IMG/VR virus record: IMGVR_UViG_3300017917_003612
Location: 14,549 to 78,548 of that record
DNA from: a virus
Direction: 5' to 3' (one strand)
Length of the DNA: 64,000 nucleotides
Shown here piece by piece: positions 35,773 to 45,391 of the stretch (position 1 is the stretch's first letter; each line of letters begins with the position of its first letter). Made by a program: the position numbers and the translations under genes. The notes below the pieces were generated by a model, which was not told the DNA's origin, made no database searches, and worked only from the letters and a program-made list of their open reading frames with translations.

Positions 35773-36493
35773 ATCGAATACTAATTACGTGCTCGTAATT
35801 TTTTTTGATTAAACTTTTATACATAAGATTTTTATGTACATTAAAACCTACTGCACCTGCGTTGTAACTAAATTTTGCCAACTGTTTAAAAAACATGGCT
35901 CTTCTATTATAGGGGCCATTTGCTATCAATTGATTATTACTTATTTGATATACATGAGTTTGCCAATTATTTCTATCATTTAAATTGTGATCGTGGAACT
36001 CTAAAAATATGTTGCTTGATTGATTGTTTTTAATCAGGGCAGGAACTGAAAATTCTCTATCCTTGAATTCCTGATTTTTATAATCTCTACAAGTAGTTAT
36101 CACATATTCTACAGCCAGGTCACAAATTTGTTGTACTTTATCTATTTGTTCGTTTTCATTTTTGGTAAAAGTAAAATACTCGTCAAATGCAATTACACTA
36201 TCAAATTTTTTCTTATGCAAATGCAATTGATCAAAAGGTATGTAATTAAACTTAATTCCCGATTGTTTTAAATGATTTTGTGTTTCAGTTGTTATTTCGG
36301 TTATAAAAATATTCTTGGTGGTGTCAACAAACACAGCAGGGTTAAATCCCACATATAATACACTGTTTGGCCTAAAATTATGAAAAACAGAAATTTCGTC
36401 AATTATTTCCTTTTTTCTTTTTAATACCTCCGATGATTTGTTGTGTAACAAAAAAGCATTCAATAAACAACTAGTATAACTATCAAAGCCCAT
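35756..36493 (-). CDS. Methyltransferase-fold protein with degenerate motif I
   Basis: SVLYVGF...KKFDSVIA. Confidence 0.45.
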   Translation of the reverse strand: MGFDSYTSCLLNAFLLHNKSSEVLKRKKEIIDEISVFHNFRPNSVLYVGFNPAVFVDTTKNIFITEITTETQNHLKQSGIKFNYIPFDQLHLHKKKFDSVIAFDEYFTFTKNENEQIDKVQQICDLAVEYVITTCRDYKNQEFKDREFSVPALIKNNQSSNIFLEFHDHNLNDRNNWQTHVYQISNNQLIANGPYNRRAMFFKQLAKFSYNAGAVGFNVHKNLMYKSLIKKNYEHVISIRFDNGS

Positions 36494-36528
36494 AATAACC
36501 TTTATTATTTTTGTAAATTACAAGTTAT

Positions 36529-37446
36529 TTATTGAGTTTGACGTATTAAATCCAGTGTAACACAATGAAATCCTCCACCTAATGTACGACTATGACGCAA
36601 TTCCAATGGAATAACTGTAAAATTATAAAGTTTTAAAATATCCATTATATTCTTTTGTTTTTTGTCTACAATTACAGTTTTAGGATTCACAACCAATAAG
36701 TTAAGGGCTATCCATTTACTAGCGTATGGATACTGATAAAAATCTTGTGCCACTACATCATTGATCCATATAATTTCCCAATCATTGAACACCCGTGGCA
36801 AATTATTCATATGAACCCTACTGGCATTTACCATTACTAATCCTTCGCGCAATGGCACAATAGTGCTATCAATATGCACTCCGGAATAAAAATTGCAAAC
36901 TTCAATACGAACATCAGGAAACTTATTTTGTAGCCAACGAGCTGCTTGTAAATTTCCACTTTCACTTTCTAAGTATAACATGGTATCATTGAGACGCAAA
37001 ACATTAGCAGCATCCAATATCATGCCTTGATCTCTTGGCATACGATATACAGTGTCCGCTCTATAAATTATATCATCTAATGCTTCTATTTCCATGTCTC
37101 TACAAGGGTACATCATAGAAGGGTCTACAATTGTATTGCCGTGTATTAGCAATCGGTCTCTTGGACAGTAATTATACATGCCCCCGCGCTCCTGAAAGTT
37201 AATTGCTTTTGGTCTGTGAACAGTGACCCCAAGATTGTTGAGAGTGTCTGAAAGGATATCTAGGTCCTCGTTGGCTTCGTCGATGATCCAATCAGGCACA
37301 GGTCCGCTGGGAACTGGCGTTTCTTGCCAGGTAGTTTTTTTGCTTTCTTTGGCGAACACCGGATCGTCGCTGGGCCAGTTAGCAAAGTCTGCTCGACCCA
37401 CAACTACTTCTTGTAAAGGATCCCACTCATTGTAACTGTGTATCAT
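36529..37446 (-). CDS. Amidinotransferase (glycine/inosamine-phosphate type)
   Basis: SYNEWDPLQEVVVG, YCPRD, DAAN, HIDST, LGGGFHC. Confidence 0.9.
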   Translation of the reverse strand: MIHSYNEWDPLQEVVVGRADFANWPSDDPVFAKESKKTTWQETPVPSGPVPDWIIDEANEDLDILSDTLNNLGVTVHRPKAINFQERGGMYNYCPRDRLLIHGNTIVDPSMMYPCRDMEIEALDDIIYRADTVYRMPRDQGMILDAANVLRLNDTMLYLESESGNLQAARWLQNKFPDVRIEVCNFYSGVHIDSTIVPLREGLVMVNASRVHMNNLPRVFNDWEIIWINDVVAQDFYQYPYASKWIALNLLVVNPKTVIVDKKQKNIMDILKLYNFTVIPLELRHSRTLGGGFHCVTLDLIRQTQ

Positions 37447-37958
37447 ACATGCCCGGTAATTTGAAGAGTATATCGAGGCTCGAATCCTAGATTAAATGCA
37501 CTGTGCGGAGCGTCCCAGGGCCATACCAGCGTAAATCCTGCTTTCCAATCTGCGTATCCTATCCCTTGACATTCGGCAAAATGTCCAGGTTTACGGTCTT
37601 CAAGAAAAATAACTGCACGACGAATAGTATTTTCATGTCCTTTTAAATTGTAAAGTTCTATGTATTTTCGATATGTATCCACATGTTCAGGTAAACTGCT
37701 GCCTGTATCCATACGGTAATAACTGGTTCCTATGTCTTTCCAATGTTCGTAGGTTTGAAAAAAATCTATAAATCGCTGGTTCCAAGTTGGCTGTGGTCTA
37801 CGCATGTCGCACATGTATCCTCCAAACGGTCCCTTGAACCCAGCATCCTCCCATTTTATTTGAGTAAGTGGATCGTTAAATTTTTCTTTGACATATTCAA
37901 GATTTTTATACTCATCATCCCAAAATTGAGCTATATTAAACGATTCGTGTATTGCCAT
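37443..37958 (-). CDS. 2OG-Fe(II)-type dioxygenase
   Basis: PEHVD...PHSA...PRYTLQITG (HxD...H...R). Confidence 0.75.
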   Translation of the reverse strand: MAIHESFNIAQFWDDEYKNLEYVKEKFNDPLTQIKWEDAGFKGPFGGYMCDMRRPQPTWNQRFIDFFQTYEHWKDIGTSYYRMDTGSSLPEHVDTYRKYIELYNLKGHENTIRRAVIFLEDRKPGHFAECQGIGYADWKAGFTLVWPWDAPHSAFNLGFEPRYTLQITGHV

Positions 37959-39165
37959 AATGTATTACTTCATAATTAGTATTTGTTTTAGGATACTTTC
38001 GCCATGGATCAACAATTACACTGCCATCGTCTATGTTGCAATAAAATTCTTGTTGATAATTATTGCCCGTATATCCATAAGTGATTTGTCGATTGTGTGC
38101 TAAAAAAGCAATTACTGGCACGTTTTCAAAAGGTGGTGTATCACCAGTAAGTGGATCAATATAAAAAAACTTGGCCTGTATTTCTTCCAAATAGTGTCCT
38201 ATTAGCAAACTGTAACTTCCGTCACAATAATCTACATCAGGTTTATATGCTTTCCCCATGATGAAAATTGGTAGATTTTTTTCAATCTGCACACGTTTTA
38301 AAAATCTAGCTAAGTTTTTTGCCTGTTGTTCTCGAGCATGCATCACTGTATCAAAAATGTCATAACCTAGATTTAGATTTTCTGCCAACCAACGCAATGC
38401 AATATTGTCTCTAGGATGACACGGACCTGCATCGCCCATACCTGCCCGCATGTATTTAGAACTCATAATACGAATAGTGCTATTGGCCAATGCATCTGTT
38501 ACCACGTCAACATTGATATTTCCATTCTTCATTGCAACATCTTGGATCATATTGACCAATCCAATTTTGGTACTAATAAATGTATTGTAAAATATTTTTA
38601 TAGACTCTGCTTCATCCCATGTTCCAACCACATATCTTGGATTGTTTCTCATAAGCGGCTTATAAAAATCTATCAAGAGCTTTGCATCCCCTGTTTGACT
38701 GCCGTCTTCGGTTCCTATTATGACCATTTCTGGATTTATCATATCCCAACTTACTGAACCCATTGCTATCAAATAAGGATTATAGATAAATCGTGGCACA
38801 GTGATAAAACTTCTGAGCTCTCTTCTGATAGTCCCTGGAAGCACTGTTGATATCAGAACTACCAATTGATCAGGACTAGCCCATGCATCAATTTGTTTTA
38901 GTACGTCTTTTACAATTGTGTAATCAAAATCTTTATTTAGTAAATGAGTTATGGGTTTAGATCCATCATAGTCAGGATCATGTGGTGTTTGTACTGCTAC
39001 AAAAACAATATCTTTGCCTACTACTGCACCACGTAAGTTATCTGAAATTTTAATTTTGTTGCTTTGTTTTGGGTAAATATCATATCCAGTGATATGATAT
39101 TTGGATGACATTGATTCTGCACATTCCATTCCTAATTTTCCCAAACCTATAAATCCTATATTCAA
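37936..39165 (-). CDS. UDP-glucose/GDP-mannose dehydrogenase family
   Basis: IGLGKLG, AVQTP, STVLPG, EAESIK..YN, GDAGPCHPRD. Confidence 0.9.
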   Translation of the reverse strand: MNIGFIGLGKLGMECAESMSSKYHITGYDIYPKQSNKIKISDNLRGAVVGKDIVFVAVQTPHDPDYDGSKPITHLLNKDFDYTIVKDVLKQIDAWASPDQLVVLISTVLPGTIRRELRSFITVPRFIYNPYLIAMGSVSWDMINPEMVIIGTEDGSQTGDAKLLIDFYKPLMRNNPRYVVGTWDEAESIKIFYNTFISTKIGLVNMIQDVAMKNGNINVDVVTDALANSTIRIMSSKYMRAGMGDAGPCHPRDNIALRWLAENLNLGYDIFDTVMHAREQQAKNLARFLKRVQIEKNLPIFIMGKAYKPDVDYCDGSYSLLIGHYLEEIQAKFFYIDPLTGDTPPFENVPVIAFLAHNRQITYGYTGNNYQQEFYCNIDDGSVIVDPWRKYPKTNTNYEVIHYGNTRIV

Positions 39166-39167
39166 TT

Positions 39168-40391
39168 ATGCTCTCCTTGGATCATTTTTATCACATTATT
39201 ACAAAAAATTTATTAGAACCTATCTATGCAGACAGCTATTACTTTCAAAAATTTGGATCAATTGACTTTGGTAATCTTGCTTGTTTAAATAATGCGCGAT
39301 ATAAAACACCTTACGATGCTCCTGTAGTTTCATCAGTGCTATTTTACGACCAGGAACCATTATATCAAAAAAACTTTTCGCAACTTTATGAGTATCCATC
39401 ACAACTGTGTTCTTGGCAAGATTTGCATTTACGTAACCTTAGAGATGGAATTTCTAGATTTTATTGGTTCGAGTCCAGATTTTACTTACTGGCCAATTCC
39501 GAGCATAGTCAAGAAAAAAATAGTTTATTAAAAGATATAGAATATTACGACTGGTATTATTTTTTCCATGGATTTGCAGCTCTACATTGGTACAATAATA
39601 TAAAGTATTTGCCGCCAATTGATAACTTCACAAAACTATTTATTACTTTTAATAATCTTCATACAGGAAAAAGAAGCTATAGATTAAGTTTGATTTCAAG
39701 ATTGATTGAGAAGAAACTGGACACTATTGGACATATCTCGTTAAATGCCACAGACCAAAGTATATACAATGAATTATTTGACACCAATTCATCTGTAAGT
39801 AAAGAATCTAAAAAAATAATATTCAAAGAACTTTATAAAAAAGATAAGAAATACAGAATTGATTTAGAAAACATAGATGGATTCTTGAGTGCGAATGACA
39901 ATTTGGATACTTTATCACTAGGTATGTGGCATTTAGTTACAGAAACAATTTTTTATGATGAAAAACTGCATCTGACAGAAAAAATTTTTAAACCAATTGT
40001 TGCAAGAAGACCTTTTTTGTTGGTTGGTGCATTTAAAAATTTAGATTATTTAAGAAGTTATGGATTCAAAACTTTTGACCGATGGATAAACGAAAGCTAT
40101 GACAACGAAAACGATCCTGATCTACGCATGATCAAAATAGTTAAAGAAATTGAAAAGTTGTCAAATTTGTCGTTATATGATCTGAGAAAAATGTACAAAG
40201 AAATGTCTGGTGTACTAGAACATAACTTTACTTGGTTTTACACTGGCTTTAAAGATAAAATCATTGATGAACTTGTTGATAATTTTCAAGCATGTATAAT
40301 CAAACACAATGCAGGAAAAGATTCTAGTTTTGCTGGTCATTTAAATCATTCTATAGATTTTTCGAAAATCAAGAAACAATTTAAACTATAA
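39168..40391 (+). CDS. Glycosyltransferase-like protein, paralog
   Basis: VTET...HLTEKIFKPI...YGFKTF..INESYD. Confidence 0.65.
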   Translation: MLSLDHFYHIITKNLLEPIYADSYYFQKFGSIDFGNLACLNNARYKTPYDAPVVSSVLFYDQEPLYQKNFSQLYEYPSQLCSWQDLHLRNLRDGISRFYWFESRFYLLANSEHSQEKNSLLKDIEYYDWYYFFHGFAALHWYNNIKYLPPIDNFTKLFITFNNLHTGKRSYRLSLISRLIEKKLDTIGHISLNATDQSIYNELFDTNSSVSKESKKIIFKELYKKDKKYRIDLENIDGFLSANDNLDTLSLGMWHLVTETIFYDEKLHLTEKIFKPIVARRPFLLVGAFKNLDYLRSYGFKTFDRWINESYDNENDPDLRMIKIVKEIEKLSNLSLYDLRKMYKEMSGVLEHNFTWFYTGFKDKIIDELVDNFQACIIKHNAGKDSSFAGHLNHSIDFSKIKKQFKL

Positions 40392-41132
40392 ATCTTTTCC
40401 TGTAACACTTGATAACACCAGTTGTTCCATGTCATGGATACGTGTCCTTGTTGTTTTGCTGTTTAACACAACAAATAATTTTTTTTGATTATCAATCATG
40501 ACACTCATTACCAAACATCCACCACTAAGTCGTACATAACCGGTCTTGCTTACAATTACATTATATTTTGCCACCAAAGGATTGGTATTTGACAACTTCC
40601 ATCTGTTACGTTTTTTGATCAGTTGTATTAAAGTTTGAGAACTTGCATTTGTTATCACGGGATATTTTTCTGCAGTTTGTAATAATTTAATCAAATCAAC
40701 AGCATTGCTTACGTTCCTGTTATCGAGCCCTGTGCTATCAAAAAATTTGGTGTTATTCATGCCCAACAGTAAAGCTTTATAATTCATATCTGCAATGCAA
40801 GAATGATAACCTTTACGATAATTTTTACACAACATATCTGCAGCAGTATTATCTGAATGTATGATAGCCAAATCAAGTAACTGTCGTCTAGTGACTTTCA
40901 TACCTTTAAATTTACGCATTGTAAAAGTTTCTTCAAGATTTTCGTTGTTGTCCAACACTACAATTGCAGTCATCAATTTGGTGATACTGGCAATAGGTTG
41001 TACAATCTCTGCGTTTTCTTGTTGAATAATGTTGCCGTTACCGTCTGCTATAAGCCAACTTTTTGCTAATATTTTGGCATTTGCAGAATTATTAAAAAAG
41101 AATGCTACAATAATAAAAAATATTTTTTTCAT
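40386..41132 (-). CDS. Peptidase S11 D-Ala-D-Ala endo/carboxypeptidase (PBP7-like)
   Basis: Signal peptide; SITK (SxxK), SDN, KTG. Confidence 0.9.
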   Translation of the reverse strand: MKKIFFIIVAFFFNNSANAKILAKSWLIADGNGNIIQQENAEIVQPIASITKLMTAIVVLDNNENLEETFTMRKFKGMKVTRRQLLDLAIIHSDNTAADMLCKNYRKGYHSCIADMNYKALLLGMNNTKFFDSTGLDNRNVSNAVDLIKLLQTAEKYPVITNASSQTLIQLIKKRNRWKLSNTNPLVAKYNVIVSKTGYVRLSGGCLVMSVMIDNQKKLFVVLNSKTTRTRIHDMEQLVLSSVTGKDL

Positions 41133-41159
41133 TAGATATTTATTTTGAAATTTTTATTG

Positions 41160-42716
41160 TTAGCAAACGTAATTTATGATATTAAACAATCGTTTGGAAA
41201 TTAAATCATTTATTTTACTATTATGGTCAAGCAAATTATTTGCTATTGATTTATTAAATTCTTTATCAGATAGTTGAGCATGAGTATATCCATATGACCT
41301 CAGTTCGGGGTATTCTACAAAGTCAACAGGAAATTGTTCATTATATTGTCTTATAATATCATCTCTAACCAACTCACTGACTTTTTTAAATGTTACACCT
41401 TGATTGTTGATCCATCCCTCAGAGCCCCATTGCAGTTGATATTTTTCGTAATCATCGCTCATAAGATTTTGCTTTAAAACAAACTTTTTATGACTGGGCG
41501 GTGTAACCCATAACGGAGCGTATCTGTAAGAATGAACCAAATCAGTGGTTTGCAACCATGTCATGGTGTCAATCAAATGTTCATACGGTTCATGCGGCAA
41601 CCCTGCAATCATTAGCGCATTTACAATGACTTCATCCTTCCAAACAGATTTTAAATGTTGTAAAGTTTCAATTATTCTTTTTTTGCCAAGCCCCTTACCG
41701 ACTTTTTTACCTGCTAGATCATGCAAAGTTTCTATACCAAAACTACCCAATCTGCATCCTGATTCTTTCAACCATTCTGCTGTGTCAGGATTTGACCAAA
41801 TTAAATCTAATCTAAGATAGCTTGCCCATTCAATTTTAAAAGGAAGTTTGTTCCAGACTTCATCGTACAAAGATTTTATTTTATATTCACTGTCGTTATA
41901 CAAATCATCTAATAGAATGTATTTGGTTACTCCATATTTTTCATAATTACTTAAAATTTCGTCTCGTAAAGTTTTTGTAAATTTGGTTGTATCTTCTTTG
42001 CCCTTGTGTTCGTATGTGCAATACGCACATCTAAAAGCGCAACCGCGACTTATTTCTAAACCCAACCATTCATCAGGGTCCACAAAATCAGAATCGTGAT
42101 ATTGTATAATACTTGATTTAAAATCTTTTTGACCTTCGACTAATTTAAGTGGCACTGATCCTTGTAATTTCAAACTGTTAGTCAGATGTAACACGTAGTC
42201 TTCGGTATTACCTGGAATAATATAAACATTTTTATTTTTACAATTTAGACCACCGTTTTGAATATGTGTGACCCAGGTACCACCAACCAACAACGGAGTA
42301 TCTTTAAGGTGTGCTGCAATAGCATCAACTTCGCTTGAACCCCAAGCAAGTTCGGCGCCAGCAGAAAGATCAATAAAATGATTTGAATTTAAAACATCCA
42401 AATCTAAAAAAGTATCTTTATGTGATCTCCAAAGGTCCCTATATTCAACTACAGATGAAGACCTTACTGTTAAAAAAGTCGTGCTGATTCCGACCCAGAG
42501 TAATTCATGAGCACTTGCGTCAATAAGTTTTTTAACAGCAGAAAAGGTAAGACGTAAACAATTTGGAACCACTAATACAGAAAAACCCTGTGCTCGCAGC
42601 ACACTGGCTATTTTGTAAGCTCCCGCCGCTCTGGTATATCTTTCAAATTGCACACCCGAACCGTGAATGAGATGTGTTGCTGGAGATTTATCTGTAAAAA
42701 GAATTATATTTGCCAT
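41160..42716 (-). CDS. Radical SAM protein with B12-binding-like N-terminus; paralog of 10900..12396
   Basis: SRGCAFRCAYC, GIET, IAGLPHE. Confidence 0.85.
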   Translation of the reverse strand: MANIILFTDKSPATHLIHGSGVQFERYTRAAGAYKIASVLRAQGFSVLVVPNCLRLTFSAVKKLIDASAHELLWVGISTTFLTVRSSSVVEYRDLWRSHKDTFLDLDVLNSNHFIDLSAGAELAWGSSEVDAIAAHLKDTPLLVGGTWVTHIQNGGLNCKNKNVYIIPGNTEDYVLHLTNSLKLQGSVPLKLVEGQKDFKSSIIQYHDSDFVDPDEWLGLEISRGCAFRCAYCTYEHKGKEDTTKFTKTLRDEILSNYEKYGVTKYILLDDLYNDSEYKIKSLYDEVWNKLPFKIEWASYLRLDLIWSNPDTAEWLKESGCRLGSFGIETLHDLAGKKVGKGLGKKRIIETLQHLKSVWKDEVIVNALMIAGLPHEPYEHLIDTMTWLQTTDLVHSYRYAPLWVTPPSHKKFVLKQNLMSDDYEKYQLQWGSEGWINNQGVTFKKVSELVRDDIIRQYNEQFPVDFVEYPELRSYGYTHAQLSDKEFNKSIANNLLDHNSKINDLISKRLFNIINYVC

Positions 42717-42901
42717 TAAAGGTGTTTGATTTTATAATTTTAGAACTGAAATGATATTAGATTTACTACACGTCAAATTTGGCTAACAGTTTTTCAATAA
42801 CAGAAAATCTAGGCACAGCTAAAATTCTCTGTTGGTCATGATTGCAATCAGGACCTGTTTGAGATCACTTTAAATTATTTTAGATGATTTATCACTGTTT
42901 G

Positions 42902-43057
42902 TCAATCGTCTTGTAATTCTTCAATTAGGGTCTCCATAATTAAAAATACTATAGAGGATAGGCATAATCCCACAACATCGGCTGTGTGTATACTCCAAAA
43001 CACCAAACAGAAAAAAAAGATTCTAAAGCCAATTGATAATATTTCAGCTGTATTCAT
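42902..43057 (-). CDS. 51-aa membrane protein
   Basis: Manual translation; two hydrophobic stretches. Confidence 0.4.
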   Translation of the reverse strand: MNTAEILSIGFRIFFFCLVFWSIHTADVVGLCLSSIVFLIMETLIEELQDD

Positions 43058-43175
43058 TGATAACATTTACCACCTCTTCTATATTTAAGTTTAAAGTTTT
43101 TGCTATTGCAACAATTGTGTACCCTTGTCTATATAGATCAAGCACTAACCTAATAACTCCACTGTTTTTTGCCAT
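43044..43175 (-). CDS. 43-aa HTH microprotein
   Basis: LYRQGYTIVAIAKTLNLNIEEV. Confidence 0.55.
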   Translation of the reverse strand: MAKNSGVIRLVLDLYRQGYTIVAIAKTLNLNIEEVVNVINEYS

Positions 43176-43326
43176 GTTTTAAATTATATTTCTTTATAAA
43201 CGCTTCGACTAACGTTTCAGGGTATCTTAGTCTTGAACATATTTCCTCAATTGTGTAACCATGGTCCTGGTACATTCGAGTGACAAGAGCCAGATTTAAT
43301 CTTGTAGTAGTTTGATATTTACTCAT
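43150..43326 (-). CDS. 58-aa HTH microprotein
   Basis: MYQDHGYTIEEICSRLRYPETLV; TAATG overlap. Confidence 0.55.
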   Translation of the reverse strand: MSKYQTTTRLNLALVTRMYQDHGYTIEEICSRLRYPETLVEAFIKKYNLKHGKKQWSY

Positions 43327-44096
43327 TATTTTGGTTCACAATCTACCCATTTTAAATTATTGTAATGTTCGTATGGCCACTGTCCTTTTGGTATCAAACA
43401 AGTTCCTAACTCGGGACGGTTGGTTTTACGTATTTCTACCACACTCCACACCAGTGCAAGCAAATAAAGTATCGCCACTGTGGTCAAACTCCATGCGGTA
43501 ATTCTTTTTTTTATGGCCTTGATACGTCTAGCGTTTCTTTCGGCAGCAATTTTATCTCGTTCTCGCTTGAGTCTAATAGCTACACTTTGCTCTTGTTGAA
43601 TACGCTTCATCATGGCTTCAGTTCTTGTATACAAATCTCCCAGTTCTGGTGGACACTGATAAACCATGATTTCACGCAATTCTGTTTGCATGGCTTCCAA
43701 TCTGCTGAGCATGAGAACACGTTGTAGTGCTCGTTTACCTATGCTGTCTTTGCCGGTATAGACATCGAATGCGTGTTTTTCTTCTTCTTCAAATATGGCT
43801 TTACAATAGGCATAATTTTCAAAGTAAGTACCTAGTTCTTCACCTATTTGAGTAAAAATATCGTCAGGTTGCTTTTTGCTCAGTTCAATGATTCGATTTT
43901 TTTCTTCTATAAACTGATTTTTTTCAGCTACAGTAGGTTTTCGGTCTTTGAACTTTTCACCAAATTGGGCATCAAGGTCCGCAATGATACCTTTGACGTC
44001 ACCAGCTGCACTCTGTATTTCCTTGTATAGAGCACAACCTTTTTTGACAGCCTGTACAGCACCATTTGCGAGGGCAAAGAGAGTTAACGGATCCAT
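43326..44096 (-). CDS. Helical protein with C-terminal TM
   Basis: MDPLTLFALA; coiled coil; TM; terminal Cys pair. Confidence 0.75.
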   Translation of the reverse strand: MDPLTLFALANGAVQAVKKGCALYKEIQSAAGDVKGIIADLDAQFGEKFKDRKPTVAEKNQFIEEKNRIIELSKKQPDDIFTQIGEELGTYFENYAYCKAIFEEEEKHAFDVYTGKDSIGKRALQRVLMLSRLEAMQTELREIMVYQCPPELGDLYTRTEAMMKRIQQEQSVAIRLKRERDKIAAERNARRIKAIKKRITAWSLTTVAILYLLALVWSVVEIRKTNRPELGTCLIPKGQWPYEHYNNLKWVDCEPK

Positions 44097-44252
44097 AACA
44101 GCAATCCATGAAATGCCACCATTGTTTTATTGCAGATAAAGCCCCACACGGCTTTGGCTCCTTTTATTATTTTTATATTTGAAGAACCAAAAATAATTGA
44201 CTTACAGATATTTACATAAAAGAATCAAAAAATCTCAACGGGATTTAATGAA

Positions 44253-44327
44253 TTACATTCTGTGTGGCGGGGTTACTGGTGTAGGCGACGGTGGATTTCT
44301 TGGGGGTTTGTGGGCAAACCAGCTCAT
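44253..44327 (-). CDS. 24-aa proline-rich micropeptide MSWFAHKPPRNPPSPTPVTPPHRM
   Basis: AAAGGAG 6 nt before ATG in an otherwise empty intergenic region. Confidence 0.55.
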   Translation of the reverse strand: MSWFAHKPPRNPPSPTPVTPPHRM

Positions 44328-44372
44328 AGCAATCTCCTTTTATCAGTCACAAAAAAACCTGGAAAATCCAGG

Positions 44373-44714
44373 TTATTTGTAAATTATTCTTATACCTAAT
44401 CCTGTACTTTGTTTTAACGGACTTTCGTCGGGTATGTAAATTCGTTTACCTACTCCTACCATGCAATATTCATCAGTGTTTAAGTCATGCACGAACCAGC
44501 TGGTAGTTTCAGTTTCAAAATTGGCATAAACTAGATTTACTGTTTGTTCATTTGGTGCTTGCGTTGCCATTACCAATTTTTCACCGTATTTTTCCATGGT
44601 AGCTTCTACATCTTCAAAACTGCCACACATGATCTGCATTTTTCTAGATCTGGGTTCGGCTATAGCTGCCGAGGCTAATGTGGCCAGTAAGATGGCAGCT
44701 AATATTATCTTCAT
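44373..44714 (-). CDS. Secreted hypothetical protein
   Basis: Signal peptide ...AIA-EP; two Cys. Confidence 0.7.
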   Translation of the reverse strand: MKIILAAILLATLASAAIAEPRSRKMQIMCGSFEDVEATMEKYGEKLVMATQAPNEQTVNLVYANFETETTSWFVHDLNTDEYCMVGVGKRIYIPDESPLKQSTGLGIRIIYK

Positions 44715-44724
44715 ATTGTATATA

Positions 44725-45390
44725 TCATTTGTTAGCAAGCGGATTATCTAGTGCTTTTTTGATTTTGTCATCCAATTCGCGGCGCAAATTCTTTATCTCT
44801 TGCTCGTTTTCTTTTTGCATTTGTCGAACTGCTGCGTCAACATTTTTTTGAAGTTCTTTTGTACTGTTATCAACTGCACGTTGCAGATCTTTGTTTTGTG
44901 TAGTTGTATCTTTTTCTAACTGTCTAGTGATTTTATCAACTTCTTGCTTGGTTTCTCGTACATCTTTACGTGCATCCTGAACTGCTTTGTCAGTTTCACG
45001 CTGAGCAACTTTGCTATCACGCTCTACACTTTCCACCACATTCTCTAATCTACGGATATCACTTTTGAGATCATTTTTTATGTCCTGGCTGTACTCTACA
45101 GTTTTGTTAGTACTAGTTTCAAGCACTTCCAACTTCTTGTATATTTCACCTAGATCAGGTGTTACGTAGTTGGCAATTTTGTCCTTCATGTCCATGTAGT
45201 CTTTGTATACTTCAAATGCTCCATAAAGTCCGCCTAAAACAGTGCTGACCACAGTGGCAGCTATCATTAGTTTAGCAGGAGTAAATGCATATCCTCCTAT
45301 ACTAATTACAGTGTTTTCGCTAAGGTACTTTTCTTTAGCCGCTTCAAGTTCTTCAACTTTTTCGTCAATATTTTTATTTTTGTTTGACAT
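44725..45390 (-). CDS. Single-TM coiled-coil protein
   Basis: TM, long heptad region, KALDNPL end. Confidence 0.75.
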   Translation of the reverse strand: MSNKNKNIDEKVEELEAAKEKYLSENTVISIGGYAFTPAKLMIAATVVSTVLGGLYGAFEVYKDYMDMKDKIANYVTPDLGEIYKKLEVLETSTNKTVEYSQDIKNDLKSDIRRLENVVESVERDSKVAQRETDKAVQDARKDVRETKQEVDKITRQLEKDTTTQNKDLQRAVDNSTKELQKNVDAAVRQMQKENEQEIKNLRRELDDKIKKALDNPLANK

Positions 45391-45391
45391 T

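Noticed and set aside
44085-44165. GTG-start 21-aa upstream ORF with AGGAG overlapping the 44096 start
   Set aside because: Short and featureless; cannot be distinguished from chance without conservation data
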